Source: Octopus vulgaris
Taxonomy: Eukaryota
Assembly (NCBI GenBank): GCA_951406725.2
Contig: OX597818.1
Location: forward strand, 125,550,001-125,614,000
Reading direction: 5' to 3'
DNA length: 64,000 nt
The notes beneath the pieces are model-generated. The model searched no databases and was not told where the DNA came from. It worked only from the letters and a program-made list of their open reading frames with translations. Every line of letters starts with the position of its first letter. Position 1 is the first letter of the stretch. The position numbers were made by a program, and so were the translations under genes. This document shows positions 13,082 to 23,329 of the stretch, piece after piece.

Positions 13082-13228
13082 CTGACGATTGACTATAACC
13101 ATAATTCGAATTATTAACTGAATTTAAATTATTGTTCTTCGAATTGGTTTATGGGCATGAAACGATCGTAGTGGTTTTACTCTTTATCTTATATTAAACT
13201 TTTAATACTTTTTGATAGTTATATATTT

Positions 13229-13284
<56 letters not shown>

Positions 13285-13465
13285 TTTTTCAGTATAAATT
13301 ATTAATTTAAGTAATTTTTTAAATTTTAACTTTAAATTTAAATAATTTGAATTTTGAATTTTATATTTTATATATTTTTTATTAATTAATTTTATTTCTA
13401 TGTATTGGTTTATGATTTTCACTGTTTGATTTGCCTAATAGTGGTTTTATCTCTAATTTAATATA
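13082..13465 (+). mobile_element. Penelope-type pLTR fragment (family of 17161-17440) starting at a hammerhead core that lacks its 5' stem I strand
   Basis: CUGACGA (13082), long stem II, GAAAC-GAUC-GUA-GUG (13159-13173). 13395-13465 is a diverged reverse complement of 17250-17315. Confidence 0.65.
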
Positions 13466-13601
13466 TATATATATATATAGTTGAGTATAGAAATTCGGGG
13501 TGAGTACTTGATAATTATAAGCACCTGTGTATACCGTTTAGTGGTGTAGGTGGTGGAGTAAATTGATCAAAATAAAATAAAAACATGATGCGAAGGATTC
13601 A

Positions 13602-13679
13602 GCGGTACATATGTTTCGGGCCTTTATTAGACAGATTTATAACAATGCATAATGTATGTCTGTGGCCTTCTTCAGCCGC
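13602..13679 (-). ncRNA. Type I hammerhead ribozyme in the 3' pLTR
   Basis: GCGG-CUGAAGA-AGGCCACAGA..UCUGU..GGCCC-GAAAC-AUAU-GUA-CCGC. Confidence 0.85.
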
Positions 13680-15597
13680 GCACAACAGCTTCCACACGGA
13701 CATGTGTTACATCAAAAATTCTTGGTTGGGGATGCAAATCCTCTCATTCACGTACGACATAATGCGGCAGCAGCATAGAATTGAAGCGTCCATCTCTTTC
13801 TTCTCTCAATGTAGAATGAGGAAAATTGGATGTTGAGGTAATGTAAATAAATAAATACGTATATAGAGGTGAAGATGGAGGGGCGAGAGTTCGGGACGAG
13901 GGATAAAAAATGTATAAAAAGTGTAAGTATAGAATAATATAAAAATGTAGAGGATAAAGATATAAAGAGTTGTAAGGAGATGTAAAGGGGGTATAAAGAA
14001 ATATAAAGAAATATAAATAAATGTAAAGGCATAAGGTTATAAAGTAAAAATAGAAATAGAAATAAAAGTAAAAAAACCTGATAAAAACATGATAAAAGTG
14101 TAAAAGAATGTAAAGATAAGGGATGTGTAGAGGTTACGGACCAAGCATGGTGGTCAGGAGATTGATAAAATTTAGTTGTAGAATTGTCAGTAAATCAACA
14201 GTTTCGTCTGGGGACCTAATGCGTTGTAAATCAGAGCTGATGAGCATTTAATCTGGTTCCTTGAATTAAATGGACTTCTAGTACATACATATCATCATGG
14301 ATACATACACCCACATACACGCGTACATATACGCCTCCAAGCTTATAAGCATACACACGCACTCGCGTGTAAACACGTACATAAACACACACGCACCCAC
14401 ACGCACGCGCGTACACACACATACATACAACAACAGAATATCCGCATGTATACACGGACATTATACGCGTACACACTCACATGTATATACGCGCGCCCAT
14501 CACTACATACACACACGTATATGCCCACGCCTCTAGGTCTAGGTGTAAGATACTAAATGATGTGTATAAGAACGTATGTAAAGAATCCCGTACTCATGTC
14601 TATACGTGCACGCACACACGGCTGTGTGTCCGTATGTGCGTGCACATATACACTCACATACACACACAGAGACACACGCGCACATGGGTATAGCTATAAG
14701 ATATCGAAGTATGCATGTCCATATATGCGTGTGCATATGTATGTATGCGTATACACACGTACGCGGACGCTCGTATAGTCAAAAAGTGGATCCATAGGTA
14801 AGTAAATAAACATATATGGAGGTGTAAAGCGATAAGTTATGGGTAAGAATGAGGGTAAGGGTAAAGATTAGAAATAAAAAATACAGTATAAAAAGAAATA
14901 CAATGTAATAGTTAGAAATGAAATATAAGAATTATAAAAATTATAAGAGTTAAGGTAAGGGATGAAAATAAAAATGAGAATAAATGGAAGTAGAATAAAA
15001 GTAAAAATAAAATTAAAAATAAACATAAATGGAAGTAGGATAAAAGTAAAAATAAAAATAAAAATAAGAGTACACATAAAAATAAAAATAAAATAAAATA
15101 AGATAAAAATATAATTTGGTAAAGTTTAACATGAGATGAAGGTGGTTGAAAGTTAGAGGTGTGTGTTAAACGTAGGGGCGGGCGGGGGGAACTGAAAATT
15201 GGAAGGGTGGGAAGTGGAGTTTGGCGGTGTGCGTTCAACATCCGAGTTAGAAGTGTGAAAGGGTATAGATATAGGGAATTAAAGAGACTACATAGGGAGG
15301 ATATGGGTGTAGGAGAAGAAATATATAGGAAAAGAAGTCATATATGGGAGACAAAATTTGTATATATAGGAGGAAAATGCAGGGAACCGTATATGCACAT
15401 ACACACACCCACACACACACACACACACGCACATGTACATATATATATATATGTACACATACGTACACGTATGTGCACATACATATGTACACACACACAC
15501 ATACACATATACACGCACATATAGGAAAGCGGGATGTGCTGGAGCCGACAGGTTGCACCGGGTGGGAGGAAATTGCATGGGGGAGTTGGTATAGGAC

Positions 15598-16842
15598 CTA
15601 AGCATTGTAGTATTTGAAAGTATTAATAAGTTTATGTATACAGGATGGTTTGAACTCTGACCTTTTGTTAATAAGATTGTGTTTGTCTTTGAATTTCAAG
15701 ATGTTCAGGAGTTCTACACAACATAGTTGGCATCCTGCTCTATTATTTAAATAAGGTGCAGCTGATCCGATGATGGACCATCTGAGTTTGAAGCCTATGC
15801 ATTTCTCTTTTAATTCCCAAATTCTTTTAGAGAGGGAGGTGCTGTTAGCCTTATGTCTGTGTCTCAGCGAGGACCGGTGGTTGTAGTATCTGGATTTCCA
15901 GGAGGTTGAGCAACCAATATAGGTGAGTGTGTTAAACTGAGTACTCACCTCACATGAGTATATTACGTTTTTCGCCCTACATGAGCCCTGCAGCGGGCAC
16001 TCTGATGCACATCTGCAGTTGCATTGCATTGTATTATTCGGTCGTGTGCTGCTAATCCCAGGCGGAGGTGTTGCAATACGAGTGGGGGCGTTGGTATCCT
16101 CCTGGTTGTTGATGGGTGTAGTATTTCCTCTGTTGTGTTGGCGGGTGTTATTACTAACTGTTTGGGTAGTATGGCTGCCAGTCTGGTTATATTGTCTACT
16201 GTCTAGATGAGGGGGGTTCTGTTGGTCGTTATGGTTTGCTCTTGATCTAGCTGTTCTAATATTAATATAGTTATGTTTAGCTATGAGGCAGCTCATGTTG
16301 GGCAGGGTAGAGTAGGAAATCCTAATAGTTTTGTTGGAGAAGATACTTCTATACTTGTGGGTGGGTGGGAAGTTGTTGGAAATTATAGAGAATATTCTCT
16401 TACATAACTTACCCCTAACTGCTAAGTAGAAAGGTATGTTGAACCATATATATTTGCGTAATCTGCTATTATCCCTTCCATTTCTCCTAATAGGATCTAT
16501 ATTGCTCTCGTCGGGAGGGTTACTATTGTGTGCTATTCTATTAGTTCGCCTATTTCCAATACGTTGTTTGGAGTTTAAATTAGAATTATCGCTAGTGTGA
16601 GTTGAGTGCTGAGTTCGATTATAAATGGGAGTCTTATGGCCGACGGACGCTCCCGGGTGGTCTACATATGATATTCTCTGGTTATACCCGGCACTATAGA
16701 GAGCCTGGTTGTAGTGTTGTGCATGATTATTGAAAATTTCTCTATTAGAGGATAGTTTTGTCAGTCTGTCTGAGATGGCTTGGACCGTGGTGCTAATTAT
16801 ACATGGTGGATGGTTGGAAGAGGTATGGATGTATTTGGTAGT
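15598..16842 (-). CDS. Partial PLE polyprotein: RT thumb/C-terminus, CxCx5C linker, GIY-YIG endonuclease (5'-truncated, no start codon)
   Basis: I read the frame open from 16842 to the stop at 15598, which extends track ORF 15598-16296. Motifs: KYIHTSSNHPP, ALYSAGY, IWFNIPF, ISYSTLPNM, CNCRCASECPLQGSC, VIY..YIG..WKSRYYNH, CQLCCVE, LINKRSE..CIH. Confidence 0.9.
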   Translation of the reverse strand, partial: TTKYIHTSSNHPPCIISTTVQAISDRLTKLSSNREIFNNHAQHYNQALYSAGYNQRISYVDHPGASVGHKTPIYNRTQHSTHTSDNSNLNSKQRIGNRRTNRIAHNSNPPDESNIDPIRRNGRDNSRLRKYIWFNIPFYLAVRGKLCKRIFSIISNNFPPTHKYRSIFSNKTIRISYSTLPNMSCLIAKHNYINIRTARSRANHNDQQNPPHLDSRQYNQTGSHTTQTVSNNTRQHNRGNTTPINNQEDTNAPTRIATPPPGISSTRPNNTMQCNCRCASECPLQGSCRAKNVIYSCEVSTQFNTLTYIGCSTSWKSRYYNHRSSLRHRHKANSTSLSKRIWELKEKCIGFKLRWSIIGSAAPYLNNRAGCQLCCVELLNILKFKDKHNLINKRSEFKPSCIHKLINTFKYYNA

Positions 16843-16986
16843 TTCCTCATTCTACATTGAGAGAAGAAAGAGATGGACGCTTCAATTCTATGCTGCTGCC
16901 GCATTATGTCGTACGTGAATGAGAGGATTTGCATCCCCAACCAAGAATTTTTGATGTAACACATGTCCGTGTGGAAGCTGTTGTGC

Positions 16987-17064
16987 GCGGCTGAAGAAGG
17001 CCACAGACATACATTATGCATTGTTATAAATCTGTCTAATAAAGGCCCGAAACATATGTACCGC
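16987..17064 (+). ncRNA. Type I hammerhead ribozyme in the inverted pLTR copy
   Basis: Reverse complement of 13602-13679. Predicted cleavage is after GUA at 17060. Confidence 0.85.
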
Positions 17065-17100
17065 TGAATCCTTCGCATCATGTTTTTATTTTATTTTGAT

Positions 17101-17160
<60 letters not shown>

Positions 17161-17164
<4 letters not shown>

Positions 17165-17440
17165 ATAAATATTAGGGAATAAATCCAAACTTACAGGGAA
17201 AAATCAGATTTAGGATTGAATCCAATTTTATAGTAAAATATTATATTATATTAAATTAGAGACAAAACCACTATTAGGCAAATCATACAATGAAAAACTT
17301 AAGCCAATACATAAGATTATTTAATTTATATTATTTAAATATATAACAAAATTATTAAAAAAATATAATTAATATATCACTACGATCGTTTCATGGCTGT
17401 TAAATAGTTACAGTCATTCATCAGGTGTTTAAATATTTAT
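17161..17440 (-). mobile_element. Short Penelope-type pLTR element in (TA)n
   Basis: Carries an HHR and is flanked by (TA)n. Related copies are at 13082-13465 and 51638-51760. Confidence 0.7.
17378..17427 (-). ncRNA. Minimal type I hammerhead ribozyme
   Basis: CAC-CUGAUGA-AUGACUGU(loop)ACAGCCAU-GAAAC-GAUC-GUA-GUG, with a palindromic stem III ACGAUCGU. Confidence 0.8.
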
Positions 17441-17448
17441 CTTGGCGA

Positions 17449-17516
<68 letters not shown>

Positions 17517-17556
17517 GTATGTGTATGGAATAATATATGTAGATTTGTATAATTAT

Positions 17557-17612
<56 letters not shown>

Positions 17613-17616
17613 CTTT

Positions 17617-18137
17617 CTTGGAAATGGATACGTCGCGTTCAATTAGATAAATAATAATGAATAATATATATACATATACATGCATATCTCGGTACATGAC
17701 GTTACCAACGGTGCAAATAACATGAAATACGTAACCAACGAGTAAAATTGGAAAACAGGACAAGTAAACACAGAGAAAGGACCCTTCATCAGTTGTCGGC
17801 TATATACTCCTCATTTCGAGCATTCAACGACAATATGAGTCTTCAAAGACAGTTTCTCCCATAAATTCTAAAATACAATTTAGGATTTATGGAAGGTCAA
17901 AGTTGGGAACAAAAACATAACAATGGAGACATACAAGGAAACTGAACGAAAGCAAATATGGAGGGTCGTTAGAGCAGGTCGAGAGGAAAATAGGGAACGC
18001 TAGGAGAAGCATGTTTTTGAAAAGAGAAAACGTAGAAGAGAGTGGAAAAAACCACGCCCGCTCTTTTGAACGTCCGTGCAGGAAAAGTAAGATGGTCACA
18101 TGAGGAAAAAAAAAGATGGATGATGGTCACGTGTGAC

Positions 18138-18176
<39 letters not shown>

Positions 18177-18344
18177 TGAAAAAGAGGGAGAAAGAGAGAC
18201 AGATAGAAAACGGTGAAGAAGGGAGTGGAGAAAAAGGGAATTAGAGAAAGATGGGGGGGGGGGGAGAAAACAATATGGAGTAGAGGGGCGCATCAAAAAG
18301 GTGAAGATAAACTTACTTGGAAATGGATGCGTCGCGTTGAATTA
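17617..18344 (-). mobile_element. Non-autonomous element with 29-bp terminal direct repeats, carrying a permuted hammerhead
   Basis: CTTGGAAATGGATACGTCGCGTTCAATTA (17617) / CTTGGAAATGGATGCGTCGCGTTGAATTA (18316), with TA-rich flanks. Confidence 0.65.
17781..17839 (-). ncRNA. Non-circularly permuted hammerhead ribozyme candidate with an intact core
   Basis: CUCAU-A-UUGUCG / GCUC-GAA-AUGAG / CGACAA-CUGAUGA-A-GGGU. Confidence 0.65.
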
Positions 18345-18789
18345 AATGATATGTATGCATATATATATGTGTATGACCCACATTATATATATATATATAT
18401 ATACGCTTAGAAATATACACACACAGCAATATTAGCAATGGTGAGTAGTAAAGATATGTTTATGGCACCCATCTAATCCCATGACGTGAATGAAGTTCCA
18501 AATGTCTTGGTGAAGTATCTTAATGAAGCTTTATTACAATCCCCTCTTCACTTTTATTGCCTTAAAACCTGCTTAAACCATTATTTCTGTCATCGCTCCT
18601 TTCTCTCTGCCTCCCTCATTCACTCTCATCTCCATCTCACACTTCCTCTCTCTTTCTTTCTCTCTCTCTCTCTCTCACGCTCTCACTCTCACATCCTTTC
18701 TCTCTATTGCTATTCTCAGTTTACCGCTGCTGTATATAACAACATTCAGTCTTCCTTTTCTTTACAACTTTCCTTCGATTCCTTATAAT

Positions 18790-18790
18790 T

Positions 18791-18839
<49 letters not shown>

Positions 18840-18845
18840 TTCTTT

Positions 18846-18909
<64 letters not shown>

Positions 18910-18939
18910 TCGTTCTTTCTTGTTTCTTTCTTTCTTCCT

Positions 18940-18998
<59 letters not shown>

Positions 18999-19046
18999 AT
19001 CTTTTTTCTTTCTTTCTTTCCTTCCTTCCTTCCTTCCTTCCTTCCT

Positions 19047-19114
<68 letters not shown>

Positions 19115-19412
19115 TCCTTCTTTCCTTTCTTTCTTTCTTTCTTTCTTTCTTTTCCTTCCTTCCTTCCCCTTCTTTCTTTCTTTCTTTCTTTTTTCCTTCC
19201 TTCCCTCTTTCTTTCTTCCTTTCTTTCTTTCTTTCTTTCTTTCTTTTCTTCCCTCTTCCTTCCTTCCTTCCTGCCTTCCTCTCCTTTCTTTCTTTCTTTC
19301 TTTCCTTCCTTCCTTCTTTCTTTCTTCCTTCCTTCCTTCCTTCATTCCTTCCTTCCTTCCTTCCTTCCTTCCTTCCTTCCTTCCTTCCTTCCTTCCTTCC
19401 TTCCTTCCTTCC
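18790..19412. repeat. (TTTC)n/(TTCC)n polypyrimidine tract
   Basis: About 620 bp, almost purely pyrimidine on the + strand. Confidence 0.95.
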
Positions 19413-19697
19413 TATTTTCTGACCCCCACCTCTTTCCCTCTCACACTCTCAGCCAATTCCTTTGCTGTTTTCATTTCATCGTTTCTTTATTACTCTTGTT
19501 AAATTTTCTTTCTTTTCTCTTTCATTCTCTCTATCTGTTACCATTTCCTCACTCTCTCTCTCTCACTCTCTTTCCCATGCTCCTCTATCCCCTCTCCCCT
19601 CTCCCCCTTCGCTCTCATCCTTCCGTCCTTTCCCAATTGTCTCACAGCTACAACAAATGTAGTAAATTTATTGATGCAGCTTCCTAATGGAGTGTGG

Positions 19698-20309
19698 AAT
19701 GTAGCTATCCACTTAACAAAACAGGGATGAAAATAGACAGATTGAGGGAGAGCAAGCGGGCAAGTGAGAGAGAGAGAGAGAGAGAGCGAGAGAGAAAATG
19801 AGAGAGAGAAAAGAGAGAGAGAGAGAGAGAATGGGTGAGAAAGTAGGAGAGGTGCTGGAAGTGGTGTGATAATAAAATGTATTTCTTTACTACCCACAAG
19901 GGGCTAACCACAGAGACAAACAAGGACAGACAAACGGATTAAGTCGATTACATCGACCCCAGTGCGTAACTGGTACTTAATTTATCGACCCCGAAAGGAT
20001 GAAAAGCAAAGTCGACCTCAGCGGAATTTGAACTCAGAGGTCGACTTTGCCTTTCATCCTTTCGGGGTTGATAAATTAAGTACCAGTTACGCACTGGGGT
20101 CGATGTAATCGACTTGATCCGTTTGTCTGTCCTTGATTGTCCCCTCTGTGTTTAGCCCCTTGTGGGTAGTAAAGAAATACATTTTATTATCACTCCTACT
20201 TTCTCACCCATTCTCTCTCTCTCTTTTTTTCTCTCTCTCTCACTTGCCTGCTCTCTCTCCCTCAATCTGTCTATTTTTATCCCTCTTTAGTTAAGTGGAT
20301 AGCTACATT
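19698..20309. repeat. Fold-back inverted duplication of a family A SINE 3' half plus flanking sequence
   Basis: Arms 19698-20019 and 20037-20309 are reverse complements with some indels; the spacer is 17 nt. Confidence 0.9.
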
Positions 20310-20454
20310 ATAAATCATTCGTGCATTGACGATGCTCCCCCCCCACTCAATATGCTCGGTGTGTATGGACACTGGGCAATCAATCGCAACGTTCAGGAGA
20401 ATGTTTTGTGATGTTTCTTCCGGCTCTTACGTTCTGAGTTCAAATCCCTGCGAC

Positions 20455-20715
20455 ATCAACTGGCAAAGAGCAAAGACGGCTTCGATGGCAGAGCCTCAGA
20501 ACGATCGAGAACATCAGATAGTAGCGTCCACATTTCCAACAAAGAACTACATGCGCACACACATCAGCCTTGCACACTACCGCCTCATAGCTATTCGCTG
20601 AATGAGCTGGTAACGGACATGTTCGCTGCCTCCCGCCAGATCGTCTTACCAAGGCCTCGCTCGCATCCGACGCAGAGGCTCAATGGCAGGCCCCGAAGCA
20701 GGTCCCGTGGTTATT
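20455..20715 (+). mobile_element. RTE-like LINE fragment (post-RT region)
   Basis: Broken frames give HISNKELHAHTHQP, GHVRCLPPDRLTKASL and GRPRSRSR. Confidence 0.55.
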
Positions 20716-20801
20716 ATAATAGCGCTTTCGTCCACTCTAGTGGACTGAAGACTGAAACAAGTAAAAGAATAAAAGAAAGAATATATATATATATATATAT
20801 C

Positions 20802-21098
20802 ACCACCGTGACCGACCAGGCTATCAGATGTTGCTACACATCGCTGGTCACAATGCGCTTCGCATTGTTTTTGCCTTAAAATGACGCCACCCCGCTGGCT
20901 AAGCGAGCAGGCCAACAGAAGAAAGAGTGAGAGATAGTAGTGGCGAAAGAGTACAGCAGGGGTCGCCACCCACCCCCCTGCCGAAGCCGCGTGGAGCTTT
21001 AGGTGTTTTTGCTCAAAATAAACACTCACAACGCCCGGTCTGGGAATCGAAACCGCGATCCTATAACCGCGAGTTCGCTGCCCTAACCACTGGGCCAT
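20802..21098 (-). mobile_element. tRNA-derived SINE (family C-like)
   Basis: ATGGCCCAGTGGTTAGGGCAGCG..GGTTTCGATTCCCAGACCGGGC..ACACCTAAAGCTCCACGCGGC. Confidence 0.8.
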
Positions 21099-21101
21099 AT
21101 A

Positions 21102-21318
21102 CAGGGTGGATCAAAAGTAGGTTTCCAGTTATTCAACAATCTCTTTCGCATTCATATATTAACAATTTAGACATTAATTATGAAAAACAAACATGAAACC
21201 ATTAATCTATGCTAATTTAGTTAATTTTATCAAGCGCCCTTTTCAATTTGTAAAATAGAAATTTAAATGTAATAAAATCTTTGAAAAGAAAAAAAAACCC
21301 TACTTTTGGGCCACTCTG
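21102..21318. mobile_element. Tc1/mariner-type MITE
   Basis: TIRs CAGGGTGGATCAAAAGTAGG / CCTACTTTTGGGCCACTCTG, flanked by TA. Confidence 0.8.
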
Positions 21319-22789
21319 TATGTATATATATATACATACACGTTTTTTCGCGCGTATGTGGAAAGAAAGTGAGGGAGATAAAGAGAATCTATCTTACGCT
21401 TAATGTTGTATACGATAAGATTAATCACTGACCTCACAAATACTTATGATTCATAGAAATAGAATTTTATCTCAATTATTTCTTGTATTTAATTCATCGG
21501 GTGTGGGACCAGAATACCCCATCGCTCGTTCGACCTTCTCTCTATAGTCGCCGATCTTCCTTCGAATAAACACTTTACAGTCTTTTAGAAAAGGAATCCA
21601 CTTAAGTTTTAAGCTTCGAAAATATCACAAATGGTATGCCGTAGGTCAAATGTCAGATAGTTAGGATTTATGAGACACTCTCTTTTTAAACAGTCTCAAC
21701 CACTTTTCACCATGTTTTTCGTCATGTCGCCCACATCAGACCTACAGACATCTACTTGTTTGTCAAGTAACGAACGCATGACGGCTGTCTAAAGCAACAG
21801 CGACTTTGCCTCATTTTTTTGTGTGTTTGTTTCACAGACGACCGTTTCAAATAAGACAGGAATACTTGAGGCTTCTTTGCGTCATTCAAAGAATTACCAG
21901 AAACGAGCCCTCCTGCCCCAGTCTATTTACCAGTCACATCGATCATGATGGACGTGTTTATATACTTCCAACAATAACAGCTACTAAACAATTCACGTCT
22001 GCTCTTTTTCAAAATGCATTTCGTGGTGAACTGTTACAGCTACGAAGCTTATTTCTCGTGTCCGTCATCAGAAGGGAAAGAGACTTAGCGGAGTTGGAAG
22101 TAGAAAATAAGAAAAACAGAATGCAAAGGAGGAAGAGAAGAAGAGGAGGAGGAAGAAGAAGAAGAAGAAGAAGAAGGAGGAGGAGGAGGAGAAGAAGAAG
22201 AAGAAGAAGAAGAAGAAGAAGAAGAAGAAGAAGAAGAAGAAGAAGAAGAAGAAGAAGAAGAAGAAGAAGAAGAAGAAAATAAACACGCATTGGTTCAATA
22301 CCACTTTTTTATTTGACCAACCATTCAATAGCTTTTTTTTATTGTGCTAATTGAACAATCAGCTGTTAGTTTTTTTCTGCCATAGTCCTTTGTCCCTATT
22401 CACGGTTTCATCAAGGACAGGACCGTACTCTTCAAGGTCTGCTTTGATCCTCCGTGTTGTTCAGTCAACACATTAAACAAACAATTTGAATACCTAGTTG
22501 GTAAAACAAAGAGGTGGTATTGAACTAGTGTGCATATTTGCTTTAATTTTTATTGGCATAAAGCTCTTTCCGAGACACAAGATTTATTTCATTCACATCA
22601 AGAAGCTTGCAAACCAAATACAAGAACGATGTAAGTTTTGTCCATTTGTGTTGAACAACGAAGATATTTAAAAGAAAACAAAACAAAACAAAACAACAAA
22701 ATAATGAGCAATAAATAAATCATTGAGGCTAATTACTGAAGTTATTACTGTAAAGTTGAGCAAAGGTGTCAAATGCCTACATTGCCCCC

Positions 22790-23310
22790 GTCATAATGCA
22801 AGGCCCCAGTGATCGCCTTGCATTACCGGAATGAAGCGTCTGCTCTTCCACTTCTTGTGGGTAGGACATGGTTCACTGGTCAAGTGCTCCCTCTGTTGCC
22901 AGCACCTCCTGGACTCTGGATTTGGCATGCCGTGGCCGTCGCACATGTTGAAGCTGCGCCACACTCTGGGTTCTCTGGAAGGTGAGGAGGTATGGTCTCC
23001 GACTGCCAGGCACATTTTTCTGCAGCCCTGAGTCAAGAATAGACCACGACTTGGTGCCTGGCATCCGGAATGCAGTCAGGTGCTCACTGCCCGCTACCAG
23101 CCAAGCAATGAGGTCGGTGGAAGTTCCACTTTATGCAATATATAGACGGATAGTGGTAGTTAAGATATATGGCATTCTCGGGAAAACAGGACGAGATAGC
23201 TGGTTTGCTCCGGAGGATTCTCGGCCTGGGAGTTACTATGCACAACATCCAGAAATCTGGGATAAGTCTGGCAGAGCTACCAACGGGCACGACCGAGCTA
23301 AGCCCAAACC
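22790..23310 (+). mobile_element. Degenerate L1/Tx1-like ORF2 fragment
   Basis: RLLFHFLW..LVKCSLCCQHLLDSGFGMPW resembles the FLW..GGLG.P motif found downstream of the RT in L1/Tx1. Confidence 0.55.
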
Positions 23311-23329
23311 AAAAACATGAACCACATTT

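Larger units (their letters stand above)
13480..17104 (-). mobile_element. 5'-truncated Penelope-like element (Naiad-type) with an inverted pLTR copy, inserted in (TA)n
   Basis: RT C-terminus plus GIY-YIG ORF, ~1.8-kb 3' region and an HHR-bearing pLTR. A 263-bp inverted repeat spans 13562-13824 / 16842-17104. (TA)n flanks both ends. Confidence 0.9.

Noticed and set aside
13585-13836. 83-aa ORF duplicated at 16797-17081
   Set aside because: It lies antisense within the inverted pLTR and overlaps the hammerhead; the duplication reflects the repeat, not a gene.
14237-14275. CTGATGA followed by the hairpin CATTTAAT/ATTAAATG
   Set aside because: No GAAA or stems I/III follow, the register is wrong for a SECIS, and it is antisense to the element.
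15598-16842. Possible selenoprotein-type PLE (in-frame UGA)
   Set aside because: No in-frame TGA in the retained part, and no convincing SECIS seen on the sense strand.
22030-22075. Minus-strand CTGATGA..GAAA
   Set aside because: No pairing for stems I-III.
21806-22120. Candidate host exon after a pyrimidine-rich CAG at 21837
   Set aside because: No recognisable protein motif or strong donor site; unsupported without RNA-seq.
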